Below, in pieces: positions 1 through 13,469 of a stretch of 64,000 nucleotides of DNA. Origin of the DNA: Octopus vulgaris (lineage: Eukaryota); NCBI GenBank assembly GCA_951406725.2, contig OX597815.1, positions 12,214,001-12,278,000 of the forward strand, in the 5' to 3' direction. Position numbers and translations under genes: made by a program. The notes beneath the pieces were generated by a model. The model had not been told where the DNA came from. It did not search any database and saw only the letters and a list, made by a program, of their open reading frames with translations. The first letter of the stretch is position 1. Each line of letters starts with the position of its first letter.

Positions 1-2541
1 CATTCTCGGATCGATAAATAGAAAACAACAGTGGTTTTGGAATGAAGGAACCCTATATTGCAAAACATGCTATTCCTTTAGAAACCATGGCAGAATTATC
101 TCGGAATATACATCCATTAAATGGAAAATAGAGAAATATGCATTCATGCATATGACAACAAACTCATAAATATCTGTGTGTTGGCTTACAAAATATCATT
201 TTCTGCATTGACAAGAATATCAATGTAGAACCTTATTTTTCCTCCCCGGTACAAAACTGGTATTTGTTCCCTTGAAAACAAATGAAACAAATATATATTA
301 ACTGCTGAGATTCGAACTTAAGTAAAATAGTCTAAATGACGCAAAAGACAAGTAAACAAATGTATTCACACGTACATACACATACATATATATTATTATC
401 CCTCTGTCATTCTACAATGAAAGCATAACAATATCAATATGAAACATTTTGGCAAAATTTTAATTACAAAAGAAAACAAGTAATTATCTATTTCTAATTG
501 ATACCGTATATATGTGTACACAGTGGAATATGTCTAGTTTGCAAGATAGCGTTTTTTTTTCTATTTTACTGAATTTAATTATCTGACAGAATAACACCTG
601 CAATGTCCTTGATTTGACATTTTAGATAGTTAATGTGATTTCTTGAAACAACAATACCTTTAAAAAATGTATTCTTCAGTGAATGCTAGTGAATATATTC
701 ATTTGAAATATAATCTACAACCGTCGCCGAAAATACCAAATATATATTGTTAGAATGAGCCAATAAGACATCGTGTATTAAAACAACTATTCTCACCTGC
801 GTTTCTTCATTAACAAGAGTGAGACTATTCGCTAAATATATTGCATACAAACTTTACTGCGTAGTTATAAACAAGACTTTGAAGAAATCTGAAACGCATT
901 TGCATCATATCACATAAAAATAATTTTAAAGTATCCACCTACATTTAAAAGAGTATAGTATGGGTTAATGTTCACACACAAATATGTATATATTTATATA
1001 GCTACTCGGAGTGTCATGGATTTCGTTCACGCCATTTTCTTGTACAAAAAGAGCGTACATATTGTGATAACTTACATCAGAATGCAAATAATCTATTTCT
1101 TTAGTGACTGCTGTTTCTCTCGATTACACATACATACATACGTACATGATGATGGCCGTCCACTCGTGACCGAGCAAGACCATTGCCGACCTTCAGGAAG
1201 GTTGTGCGCTCTAGGACTAACTTATATTTTGCATTTGCGGCTCCGGTGGTGGCTAATGAGCCCTGCTCTTGACAAGCATACACGACTGTAAACATTGCAG
1301 ACTATACATTATACATACATACATACATGCACACACACGTACGAACGTACACACACACACGGACACGGATAAATACGTCTGTGTCGAAGGCATGCTGAAG
1401 TGTGTGTGTGGTTTATAAATCTATAATTTCACTGGCTACTGCGGTCTGTGTCTGAACACCACAGGCCCAGGGGCACGATTATAACTGTGCTCTGTATGAC
1501 GCATCAAGCGCGTCTACTCTACATTCAACATGATATAATTTATCCACCAATGCAACTGAAGGAAAAAATATTGGAATACTGATTGTTCCAGAAATGATAA
1601 AAAGAATTATGTATTTATTAATTATATAACATTTTTACTCAATACAGAAGCATTTAATTAAAATTTGTATAGAATTTACTAGTCTAATATTCTAAATACT
1701 ACGTACATCATATACACGCGTATGCGTATGTGCTTCCATATATACATATTAAAATATGTATATAATATTTGACGAAAATAATATCGAATGTATGGTTGTT
1801 ATGAATGAAATATATAAAAATTCATTTCACTATTATTAAAATATTTTAAAAGAAAACGATAAAGCGAGAGTATAAAAGGAAATTTATTTTCTAAACAAAG
1901 AAAAAATGAGATTCGTCATATTTGTAGATTTTTCAATAAAGATAGGATGTTTTAAATAATTATTAGGTTTTTAACTAAAACATATTTTCTATATTTTATA
2001 GTTTAAAATATATAGTTTCGATTTTGGTGTGAAATATATCGTTTTACGATGAATATAATACAAACAGTAGAATCATACAATGTTGTGTCTGCATTGGAAA
2101 ATAAAATTACAGAGTATGTATATTTACAAACAATTAAATGACAACTTTTTTTTTATTCTTGTGTGTGTGTGTGTGCGCACATTCGTTCATGTAAATATTT
2201 ATGATTCCTTTTGTAGTATATATGTATTTATAAAGACATCTACGATGTACAAGCCAGATAATGAATTTTAAACATGTATACACAGTTACAATGGTATATT
2301 TACCTACTTTCTTCGTTATACAGTGTTCTCTTGTAGCTCTTCGTATGTATAGGATAGAGTCATTTTCAAAACTATATTGCATCCACTGACCTTAAATATA
2401 TGCGACAAATTTAGCTAACACTTTATACCATACAATATTCTCGAGCTCACGTAACAGAATGAGTTCCTATACATATATGTAAACACTCACAGCCATACAC
2501 AACCCGCACACACGCATATGTATGCGTGTGTACATATATAA

Positions 2542-2599
<58 letters not shown>

Positions 2600-5067
2600 C
2601 GAGGAATTAGTGGAACCCAGGCGATTACTTAATGCGAACTCCTGGCTTTGAGAATGGATAGTAAGGGAAAACAAGCCGGTAAATCTAAAGAATTCTACAA
2701 CAATAAAAATCCCGGAAATTTTATGAATCGTAGAGTATGACATCAATGAAATAAAAGGATGAAAACATTGGTATTGCATTTCCGGTTGCAATCGTTTCAA
2801 TCACTGAAGCGGTATATGTCATTCAGCATGCTGGAACAAATACAAATAATGATTATATACCTTCATGCAATATGAAATTAAATCCAACCCATTCTCAATG
2901 CAGTGAGTGTGGAAGGGACTTGTGTATTGACTGAGTTAGAAAGCAAACATATTGACATGGCGAAAGAATGTCACAGAATAAAGACGTCGAACAGAAAGAA
3001 ATGCATGTGTACTATTAAATAAAATCGATTGTTACGCCAAGGCCAATAACATAGGGCAAATAAAGGTTGGATTATGTTGGACTTTGTTTGGGGCAACGAT
3101 GAAGGCATTCTACTTTAGGTGGGAATAAATGCAATGATGTTCACAGAGAAGCCCTAATTAGGGGAATACATAAGTGAAAAGTAACGTCAAAGAACCAACG
3201 ACGATAAGAAATGAAAGAATAATTGAATGAGGAAAAGAGCAAAAGCCAGAAACACATATGAGTGTAAAGAAGAAATGTTAGCAATGGAAGCTAAAAGAGG
3301 TTTCATAAATTAAAGTGGCCGATGAAGTGCAATGACAGAAGATGATACTTTGAAATAAAATTAAAACCATATGGAAATAAGTTCACACACCGTACTGAAT
3401 CAATAAATAATTATACAGGATAGTAAAAACTGAAGGTAGAATCATTAAGCTGAATATCTACACAAAAAATTAGGAGATGTATGTGCATGAATATGTAAAA
3501 ATAATAGAAAAAGAAGTGGTAACCGAATCAATTGAAATTTTATGATTTCTCTATAATATATTAGCTAAATTGAGTCATTGGAAGAATTTGGAAAAGTAGC
3601 GTGAATAACAAAGTATTCACATTTTAGGAACTCAATGACTTCATGCAGCATAGATGCAGCATAAAATACAAATGCCTCTCCCCCACCAATTGCTCACTGT
3701 TTAATAGAATATTAAATAGTGTAATCAATACGTCTGCATTTGAAGTCGAAAATAAATTTTACTAGTGATGTATTATATAATTATTGAAAAGATGTACCCG
3801 GTTACATCATTTTAGTTTGAAATTTAATGCTGTAGCACCCACACGGTGTAATTCATAGAGTGCTTGGTCAGAACATATGTAGATTATATTTGTCAAAAGA
3901 CACTGATTGCTCAAATACAATTATATCGATCTTACACTTATATAATATCGGGTTATCTCGCTAGTGAAATATTACTAATTGTACTGTTACTAAAGCTAAA
4001 GCCATGAAGAACTACGGAATCAGCAACAATATTGATGTTAGTTCAAGATGTGTTTTTCAACACCAGGACGAAAGAGAAACGAACTACTGCGATAATCAAA
4101 CCCGCAAACATTATTTCATAATTTGTTTTATTTTCATTATAAATAGCGTCTATAATATCAGCTACGTTAGGTGTAGTGAAGTATGAAAATTTAATAGTAT
4201 GCCTTTTAATAATTCATTATATTTAATTCAAGGGGAAAATAGCTTTCCATTGCTCGAAAAGATTTGGCGCATAGTTGTGTCCGAAGAAGGTGTTAAACAA
4301 AAATAGTCATGTTACGTAACCTATGTATTTCTTTGTTATTGCGGTGAATAAACCTAACCGGCATATGAATAGATTTGCCATTACTATTATATGAGGTATT
4401 CTAGCTATGTTTTACTAAGGTAAGCGTTCCTATGTATAATCGTAGTCCTTTTGTTGGCTGTATTACGTTCCTACGAAATACAAGTGTTCGGATGTTCGTT
4501 TCGGAGAAAAGGTTTAAGGTCATTTGTATGAATTAAATCTTTAACATATCAGATGCTCCAATCAATATCATTGCTATATGCTCGCGCGTAAGTATAGGCC
4601 GATATATGAAACAGATGAAAAAGATAGCATGCAGTTGGAAATTTACTTTTCGCAAATGTGGGAGATATGTCTCTACAAATCGTCTTACAAATAGGTTGAT
4701 AAATAATACGTAATAAATAATACTAGATAGGTGCACAGACAATACATGGACGCATATGTGCATAGATATGTGAACTTCTACAGATATACATATACATGAG
4801 AGATGGATGACAGACAATAAGGTGAGAATGCAACATATTTACAGTTTTTGTTACTTTTTTGAGTATGATTAATGATAGAATTGTTTTAAGATACGGTATA
4901 CTGCGTTCCGAACACACACGAATAATTTCTTTTCCTAGCTACAATAGAAATATATGAATTAATACCGAACGTATCACTATAAAATAGACTTCACATCCGG
5001 AACGGAATTATAAAGTGTTTGTGTAATACTACAAATTAATTTCCGACTAATTTTATGCATAGCAAGA

Positions 5068-5115
<48 letters not shown>

Positions 5116-5155
5116 TATTGTTATTATTATTATTATTATAATGATAATACTAATG

Positions 5156-5230
<75 letters not shown>
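5068..5230. repeat. (AAT)n microsatellite with a short inverted (TTA) segment
   Basis: Direct reading of the sequence. Confidence 0.95.
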
Positions 5231-5490
5231 TAACATACAGAAAATTGCAACACGTATAACATACAGAAAATTGCACACATATAACATACAGAAAATTGCA
5301 CACATATAACATACAGAAAAGTGCACTACTAGGCACTGCACACATCCTACGCAGAACACTTTCCATACAATAACCATCAGAGCATCACAACAAATCACAG
5401 CACATACCCAAGGCACACAGAGCTGCGCTCGGTAGTGAAGTGAAAGCACCCTATAAAAATAAAAATAAAACTACTGAATAATAATAATAA
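5228..5490 (+). mobile_element. R4/Dong-type non-LTR retrotransposon, extreme 3' end (heavily 5'-truncated)
   Basis: About 5308-5373 translates NIQKSALLGTAHILRRTLSIQ*, the C-terminal QKxxLLGTAxILR motif of R4/Dong RLE proteins. A short 3' UTR runs into (TAA)n at about 5478-5490. Confidence 0.8.
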
Positions 5491-5559
5491 TACAATAGTA
5501 AAAACACGACTACTAATAATATTGGACAAAAAGAATTAATGTGGGTGAAAGTTCAGGTG

Positions 5560-6460
5560 AAAGGCTCCTCATCTGGTAGGTGTCCTGTGAATTAGCAGCA
5601 CAGGCCCGATGACCATTTTACAGCTTCGAGAATAAGATGGTCTAAGGCGATGAATTTAGCTGTCATGGAATATTATTTTTTTGAGCAGATCCGTTAATGG
5701 GTACGGAAAGCTCACAATAGAATATTGAAAAGAAACTACACGGCATGTATTTGGAGAGGCAGAGATAAAATATTATGGAACAGAGATTGCGTGACTTGGC
5801 AAGGGTGATAGAGAAGAAAGGGTGGTTAACTGTATCAGAGCTTGATGAGACTGAGAAGGCGGTGATGATTGGAAACACAGTTTGGCTACAGGGAATGATG
5901 ACGAGTTTGTATGTAATGAAGGTGTTCAAGAGAATTATGCAGAGAAGAAGCACTGAGAAATAAGAAGAGAGGAATCATCGAAGACATCACTGGTATCAAT
6001 GAGAAAAGGTTAGGCGTGGAAGTAAATGGATTCAAGAAAGGGGACAACATTTTGGACTCGGGTGGTGAATATAATACTGAAAGAAATTAAGGTAGATAAT
6101 ATCGGTGGAACGAATGGATTTATTAATGCTTCTATAATCTAATTAGGAAGCAAATTGTTTAAGGGGAAGCGTAGAGACTGAAAAGAAGGATAAAGCAAAC
6201 AATAAGGAAATAATGAAAGCCTATCAACATCCTTGAAAGTAAAAAAAAAAGGAAATGAGGAAGAACAGGAAATAACAGAATCTAGAAAGTTGATAGGGGG
6301 GTAAATGCAATCCTTGAAGAGCTGAAAGAAAGACAGCTGGTGAGAGCTACCAAAATTAACAGGAAAGTTGATTGGATTGAACAATATAAGATCAAGAGAT
6401 TTTTACAGCAGGATCAGAAATGGGTTTATAAGCAATTAAAATAGAAGGGTAACCGCAGTA
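5560..6460 (+). mobile_element. R4/Dong-type retrotransposon, degenerate N-terminal ORF fragment
   Basis: Frameshifted peptides RIRWSKAMNLAVMEYY, EQRLRDLARVIEKKGWLTVSELDE and ILEELKERQLVRATKINRKVDWIEQYKIKRFLQQDQKWVYKQL match the N-terminal region of R4/Dong ORFs (EQRLxDQxRxIxKxxWL; EELKQxxxAKxxKIxRY...QNxLFxxDQKxFY). Confidence 0.7.
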
Positions 6461-6536
6461 AGAAACCTGATGCTAAAGTAAGAAATCTGATTTGCACTTT
6501 AGCTCACGTAGTCGTGTGTCACTGGTGCTTTTATCA

Positions 6537-7870
6537 GATAAAAGCACCAGTGACACACGACCACGTGAGCTAAAGTATACGCACATTATCACTAATTGAT
6601 ACACGTTTTCAACGTACCACACAACTCAACACCCACTGACACATACATCACAAACTAAAGAATGAATTACAGCCAAATGCTCTAACATACATATCAACAC
6701 ACAATTCCCTAAACAAGGAGGCCTTAGAAACCATCCTCCTGTACACTCCTTTACTAAAAAGGGACCATAGAATGAATCAAATCTTCCAAACGCAAACCAT
6801 TATAAAAAGCATAAGACAACCCAAGTCAGTGATAAGTATTCTAACACGAAGCTCATGTACACTCGTCAACAACATCGTAAACGACAGTAAAAGAAACAAA
6901 GATGCGGAAGGCCTGCCTGTGATATATGTGTCAACCTAATTGAGAAGTCGAAGTTCAAATAGGGTCAAAGTTTTACAGCGACAAGCAGCTTCACGTGTTT
7001 TTCGGAAAAGCTGATATATGTGTTAATTTTTTCAGGATGTCAGGAGCAATATATTGGTCAAACTAAAACCAGTCTATGCCAGAGGATGACCGTACATAGA
7101 TTCCAGATTAAAATACGGGAATACATCGACATTTGCGAAAAGTTTAGAATTTTCCCCTCTATAAATTTAAGGACGATGCAACCTCTAATCAGCGAATTAG
7201 CAAAGAATCATATTTTATCGCCGCAAAATATAAACCTCTTTTGAATGCTTCCACCACAAACACTACTACAAGGATCTTAGAATAATATCCACGAATATAT
7301 TAAAAACGTTAGATACATTAAGAACAGTTGCTACTCATGAATTTATTTAGAATAGTTCCTACCATTACTGCTCCAGTCAGAACAAGTCACTTTTAGGTCA
7401 GTTGACAATTAAAGTGCAATCTACGGACAGTCTCTATTACTGGGTCATACCACTCCCATATTTACTTATTCTTCTTCCTCCTCCTCCTTTTCTTCTTCTT
7501 CTTCTTCTTCTTCTTCTTCTTCTTCTTCTTCTTCTCTTCCTTCTTCTTCATCACCTCCTACTTCATCCGCTGCTGCTGCTGCTTAAACCGACAAACTTCA
7601 GTACCATATATATCTCTACACATTTCAACGCTATTTTTTAGATCTTCTACTTCCTACCGAACCTTCACAAAGGAAAACAACGTGAGACACAAAAAAAGAA
7701 GACAAAAACGATAAAAAGGAATTGTCCTACCTATTTGAAGACTGGAAATATTTACAAAACATTTCGTTAAATTTTTTCCTCAAATTAATACTTTTGCTTC
7801 TTAATTAATAACTACCTTTGATTTACCTCTAGTTGAAAAAAGTCGAAAAGACTGAAGCCAGTACTAACAG
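6537..7870 (+). mobile_element. Penelope-like element, 5'-truncated (RT thumb/linker, GIY-YIG endonuclease, 3' tail)
   Basis: Peptides LTYISTHNSLN...IIKSIRQPKSVISILTR, CGRPACDIC and FTCFSEKLIYVLIFSGCQEQYIGQTKTSLCQRMTVHR give the GIY-YIG signature (IY..YIG..R..H). A degenerate hammerhead-like motif lies at 7830-7866 and a (CTT)n run at about 7470-7560. Confidence 0.8.
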
Positions 7871-7966
7871 TTACAAGATGTAATTCATGATAACATTTTT
7901 TTAGCATTTTTCTAACTTGCCTTATTCTTTACACACACACACACACACTGTTAGCAACTTTTTATT

Positions 7967-8125
7967 GGCGCAAGGCAAGACTGTGTGGTAAGAAGCTTGC
8001 TCCTGGGTTCAGTCCTACTGCGTTGCACTTTGGGTAAGTGTCTTCAACGATAGCTTCAGTCCAAATAAAGCCATGTGAGGAAATATGGTACACAGAAACT
8101 GAAAAAAATCCCGTCGACAACCGTT
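7967..8125 (+). mobile_element. SINE family A, degenerate 5' half
   Basis: Aligns by eye to the head of full copies at 14979 and 21544 (ctgtgtggtaag...gggttcagtcc...ttgggtaagtgtcttc). Confidence 0.8.
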
Positions 8126-8459
8126 GTTTGTATCCAAATTTGAGTTGTTAAGAACTCAAAATTGAGTACAAACTGTTAAATTCCCGCTAAAAATGGTTGT
8201 TCTGACTCTCCCGAAATTATTTCTAATATCGATAAAATTTGATTAGATGGATACATCGAAACCGGTAACATTTTACTAAACATTGTCTAATATATACTTC
8301 TCTGCCTAATCTGACTTTACTTTTCTTTACTATAATTTGTGATTTGTGTGCCCTCCTAGCCACTTTTCTTCTATGTATCTACTCCTCTCTCCCTTTTTTT
8401 CCTCCACACACACACTCGCTCTCTCTTTCTCCCTATATATATATATATATATATATATA

Positions 8460-8668
8460 GTTAATCCAAACAAGAAAACACAGAAAAAAAGAGAAAAAAA
8501 CAGAAAAAAAACAGAGCAACGCGAGGACGTGGAACAATTAAAGTATTATTGACGCCCAGGAAAGAAGGGAAGGAGGGTTTAACGTTTCGAGCGGAGCTCT
8601 TCGTCGGAAACAAGGAGAAGGAAAGATCCCAAGAAGGGAAGACAGAGGAAAAAATATCTTTGCTGGTG
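8460..8668 (-). mobile_element. Short PLE-type tail element with hammerhead-like motif (copy 1)
   Basis: Reverse-complement homolog of 15437-15635; flanked by (TA)n on both sides. Confidence 0.75.
8577..8611 (-). ncRNA. Minimal type I hammerhead ribozyme motif (U4C core variant)
   Basis: Minus strand reads GUUU-CCGACGA-A-GAGC-UCC-GCUC-GAAA-CGUU-AAAC. Confidence 0.55.
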
Positions 8669-8689
8669 GTGTATATATATATATATATA

Positions 8690-9480
8690 TATGAAGTGAT
8701 ATCACAACGTTTCCGGACTGTTTATGTTTAATATAACTTATTCACATATGTTTTAACATCATCTTCCAAATAGTAACCTTGCGCAGTAATACACCTGTCC
8801 CAACGGTCCTACCACTTTTAGAATCCTACCTGGAAATAATTTTCTGCAGGTCAGTTGAGGATCTTCTTTCATTCGCTCTCGATCACGAGAACGGTGTTAA
8901 CACGAAGACATTTCAAGTGCATTTTTATATTCGGAGAAGAGACGGAAGTTGGCAGATGCTAAAATCTGCTGAATAGAGTAGATGTGTAAGCTATGCCATG
9001 TCGTTTCTGGCGAGAAACTCACGAGTGAGGAGAGATTGGCGACCAGCTGCATTGTCAATATGAAGTATCCACCACTTAGTCCTCCACAAATCCGGTTGCG
9101 TTCGCTGAATGTCCTCCCTCACTTAAAAACACCGCAGTAGAACTTTCGATTGGCCGCCTGATCCTGGGGGACAAATCATCGATGCACAATACACATTTCC
9201 GGGGGTGAGGTTCGTAGTAGTTCTTCCAAATCACTCATCATCTTCCAGGGATGTTCTTCCAATTTTGAAGCGCACATGCCACTCGAAACATTGTGTACAA
9301 CCAATTACCTCGCCTCCGTAAACTTGCCACAGTATGTTCAATATTTCTGTAGCAGACTCAAGTTTAACCCAGACAGAAATTTCACAGGGCACGTTGCCCC
9401 ATGAATGTCAGTGGTAGCTCCATCTACGCCCGCATCCGTGTGTTATTACCTGTTGGCCTTTTACAAAGTTAGTCCGGGAA

Positions 9481-9482
<2 letters not shown>
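8690..9482 (-). mobile_element. Mariner/Tc1 DNA transposon, internally deleted relic
   Basis: Minus-strand peptide SATEILNILWQVYGGEVIGCTQCFEWHVRFKIGRTSLEDDE is a mariner N-terminal HTH. Terminal motifs tttccggact and agtccgggaa are inverted; the element sits between (TA)n runs. Confidence 0.8.
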
Positions 9483-9529
<47 letters not shown>

Positions 9530-9574
9530 GTATACACACACACAAACACACACACAGATACACACAAACGCACG

Positions 9575-9609
<35 letters not shown>

Positions 9610-9799
9610 GTACATTTATGTATTCATATAATATATACATACAATCACCCCCTCGTCTGTGAGTGTGTGTTTGTGTCTTTGTGTCAGTGTATGTGCGTTT
9701 GTGTGTGTGTCAATGTTTCTGTGTGTGTGTGTGTGTTCGTGTGCGTGTGTGTTTGTCTGCGTGTCTGCACCTCATCAGTTCGCACACGCACACTTTCAT

Positions 9800-10560
9800 T
9801 AATCAGTATTTACATATTGTATAATGATGGAAATTTGATAACGAAACCAGTTAATTACGAATGCTTCATTTCCTATTTTTCATTTCCACTTGACTGAACT
9901 CTGTTATTTTAACCTGATACCTGGATGCACTTTCATAAAATATATCAAATCATTGCATCAGTTAATGTCTCAATGAATTAACACGGATTTGTTTCACATA
10001 CTTTTCAAACTCGATCAATTGCTTGAATTTACCTCAATAGATATATCCTCCAATGGCTGAAAGGTTTTATTGATTACGGAAAAGTTTTTCTTCGAACTGT
10101 ATTGATGACTTATTTTCAGTTTTGCATTGGCTTGCTCGTGAATTTCAGTATATGTTTAACAAGTTAGAATCATATCTACCTTATTATGATTTGAGTAAAT
10201 ATATTCTAACAAACTTTGAGTGTTCAATAGCCTACAAGGATTTAATAGGGTGTAAGTTGTTAAAGCATGTGGACTGGATAATGGGTTTTCTTTTCTTAGA
10301 GACTGAATTAATCGGCTGTTCCTCTTCTACTTATCTTATCCAGCTTAGACGCCCTGAAAATATTAGTACATGTTGGCGTGCTACTGTCTAGGCTGTGAAA
10401 CTCTATTCAAACTCGTTGTTGCAGCAGTAGGGATGGCAGATCCTTACTGCCTCCTGATCAATCGTTTCGATATCATAAGCAGTCTTTTAATCTAAAGATT
10501 AAAAAGGACACTTTATATGTTGACTCATGAATTTCTAATGAGTAGAGATGATAATGAACG
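9800..10560 (-). mobile_element. Highly degenerate Penelope-like RT fragment
   Basis: Broken minus-strand peptides IQFEEKLF...AIGG and YFMKVHPGIRLK resemble PLE RT motifs FxFxxxxYxQxxGxAMG and LNxxHPxIKFT. Many stop codons. Confidence 0.35.
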
Positions 10561-10867
10561 AAATGGACAGGATGACAGTCAGCCAAAAGTTTCGTTATGC
10601 TGTCTCACTTCTTTCACCTCTTTGTGGGGTTAATAATCTTAATCTTTAGTTACAGTTTCCCATTCAAACTACATAATAGGCAGAATTGTCGGATTAAGAT
10701 AGTAGGGTGTTTTGAGGGAGATTTGGCTGCTGTTTCATAAAGGTCGAGCTACCATGTAGAGGCCTTAACTTAATTTTCATTCATATATTTCCATTTCAAA
10801 AATTTAACATAATCTTTTCCATGAATCAACTATCGTAAAAATGTTATACCATGGCAAGTACGCAAGT

Positions 10868-10870
<3 letters not shown>

Positions 10871-10960
<90 letters not shown>

Positions 10961-10970
10961 TACACACACA
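10871..10970. repeat. (CA)n microsatellite
   Basis: Direct reading. Confidence 0.95.
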
Positions 10971-11380
10971 CGTCCATTTCGTATATTTTCTTTCAATTTC
11001 TGCTTTCTGCAAATAAAAGTTTTTACGGATGCAACTGCTTACAAAAATAGGGTTTAGAGTATAATTTCGTACTATGTTCATAATTAAATCAATGTTTTAA
11101 TGATAAGACAGAGGTCCAATAGAATAGTTCTAAGAAACGTTCTTCACAACTCCTGAAGTTGTTTTCTGACAAAGGATGAAAGAGTCAGGAAATGTTCATA
11201 CAACTGGGGGCTCCAATCGAAACAGAGGACCCGAAATGATAAGGTTGAGAAACGCTGTTAAAGATTATGCCTAAACGAAAATGATCCCAACCACATCAAC
11301 CAAGCAGACCGGCTGAAACCGGGCTTAGCTGCTATTATATATATAAATACATGCATACATACATATACATATACATATAG

Positions 11381-11442
<62 letters not shown>

Positions 11443-11446
<4 letters not shown>

Positions 11447-11674
11447 CTTTATTGCCCACAAGGGGCTAAATATAGAGGGTACAAACAAGGACAGACAAAG
11501 GGATTAAGTCGATTACATCAACCCCAGTGCGAAACTGGTACTTTATTTATCGACCCCGAAAGGATGAAAGGTAAAGTCGACCTCGGCGGAATTTGAACTC
11601 AGAACGTAACGACAGACGAAATACCGCTAAGCATTTCACCCGGCGCGCTAACGTGTCTGCCAGCTTGCCGCCTT
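11443..11674 (-). mobile_element. SINE family B, full length
   Basis: Reverse complement starts aaggcggcaagctggcaga, has B-box-like gagttcaaattcc and central ggtcgactttacctttcatcctttcggggtcgataaataaagtacc. Homologous to copies at 26749 and 40022. Confidence 0.9.
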
Positions 11675-13204
11675 CAATATATATGAATGCATGTATGTAT
11701 GTACACACGCACATGCACATGCCAAAACGTGTATGCCTAATATGAGCTCTAGCATGCAGGTGTAAGTGTGTATAGCCAAGAATTAAGTATCAGAGATACG
11801 GTTTGGATATTTCTTCTGAGTTATCGAACACAATGTTATTTACGTAAAAAAATATAAGTCATGAAAATCGTAATTTTAAAGTTAGTTATATATTATATAA
11901 CAAAACTACGATAGCCGTGTATTATTTCAAATCTTAACTGAATAGGAGTTGCAGTCAAATTTTCTGCACAGTAGTACAATTATAGATGATTCCCCTCCCT
12001 TACCAGAGGATTATATAGGTATTACTATTTTTTTCTTCATTTTCATTTTGATAAAGATAATGAATGTAGTCGCAAAAGCTGCGAAATGTAAGACATTGTA
12101 ACAGAACATAAATAACAACAAACAGTGAAAAAATGTCAAGAATTTAAGGAAACAATAACTCGAGCAAGTAATTTACTTGAACTGATTATCATTAGTTGAA
12201 ATATCGATAATATTGATTATTTGCATATGTTTCCTATTCGTGTGATACACTCAACTCTACCCTCCATTTTATTTTGACAATTTTTTTTTTACTACCATGA
12301 GACATTTTTTGTACTTTTATTTATATATTTACTATATTTTAAAACAATATTCTTAGTTTAGAAATATTTCTATTGTTTCTGTTGTTTAGCTACTTTTTGT
12401 GTCCTAATCGAGTAAATCCATGATCGAGAGCATTTCGGACATTTCAATCCAGTTATTTTTACCCCGTTTGCCAGAAATGGAAAATCATATTGATGCAAGG
12501 TATTGGTGAGAAAATTTTAACCGCTCTTTCTAGCAACACGAACAACCACGTAAAAGTATCATTGCAGACGTGTGTTCTAATTGTCACAACTAACATTGGT
12601 TAAGATGTTTTATTATCTGTTTCATTATTGGTGCTGATGATCGTGGTGGTGATGGTGGTGATGAAGTTGATATTGAGGACGACAGGAATGATGGTAATAA
12701 AAATGCTTGTGGTTTTTGCGATGATGCTAGCGTTGATTACGTTGTGGCTGATAGAGAAAAGAACTGGAACTGATAAAGATAATGTTTTAGGTGCTGATTG
12801 CGTTATTGGTGATGATGGTGACAATATTGTTTTTCAGCTACATCTAAGTTTCATTATGTGCGTTAATTAGTTTTGTGGTAGCACAGATTTACATGATTAT
12901 TGTACAGTAAAAGTGTTTTTTTTTTTAATAAAAAAAATGTAAGTGGGAGAGAGAAAAAAACAACAACTACAATCAACAAAACAACAAGGAGAATAACAAA
13001 GTTAAACACCACCACCACTACTACTACCACTATTACTATCACTGCTAGTACTACCCCTAATACTACAACTATTCCCTCTACTGCTACCTACTATAATGAG
13101 TATAATGATTATGATTGAAGAATGATGGTGATGATGATGATGAGGATGAGGTGGATGCGGATGATGATGATGAAGATGATGATGGTGATGTTGATAATTA
13201 TTTT

Positions 13205-13384
13205 TAGTGGAAGCACAAGACTTCAAATTTGTGGGAAGAGATTAAGTAGATTACATCATCGACCCCGAAAGAATTAAAGGCAAAGCCGGCATCGGCAGAA
13301 TTTGAACTCAGAACGTAGCAACGGGCGAAATACTGCTAAGCATTTCGTCCAGCGAGCTAACGATTCTGCCTGCTCACCGCCTTA
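13205..13384 (-). mobile_element. SINE family B, internally deleted, variant tail
   Basis: Shares tcgaccccgaaag...gaatttgaactcagaacg...ctcaccgcctt with the 11443 copy. A further small fragment lies at about 13410-13465. Confidence 0.8.
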
Positions 13385-13469
13385 ACAACAGCAACAATAA
13401 TAATCCATCCTACTATAAGCACAATGGTACTTCTTTTATCGACCCCGAAATAATACAAGGTAAAGATGC

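Noticed and set aside
1145-1270. GC-richer patch resembling an RTE-type LINE 5' UTR
   Set aside because: The resemblance is from memory only, with no second copy or adjoining ORF in the window to support it.
5228-5330. CRISPR-like short repeats
   Set aside because: The units are directly adjacent with no spacers, derive from retrotransposon coding sequence, and the context is eukaryotic.
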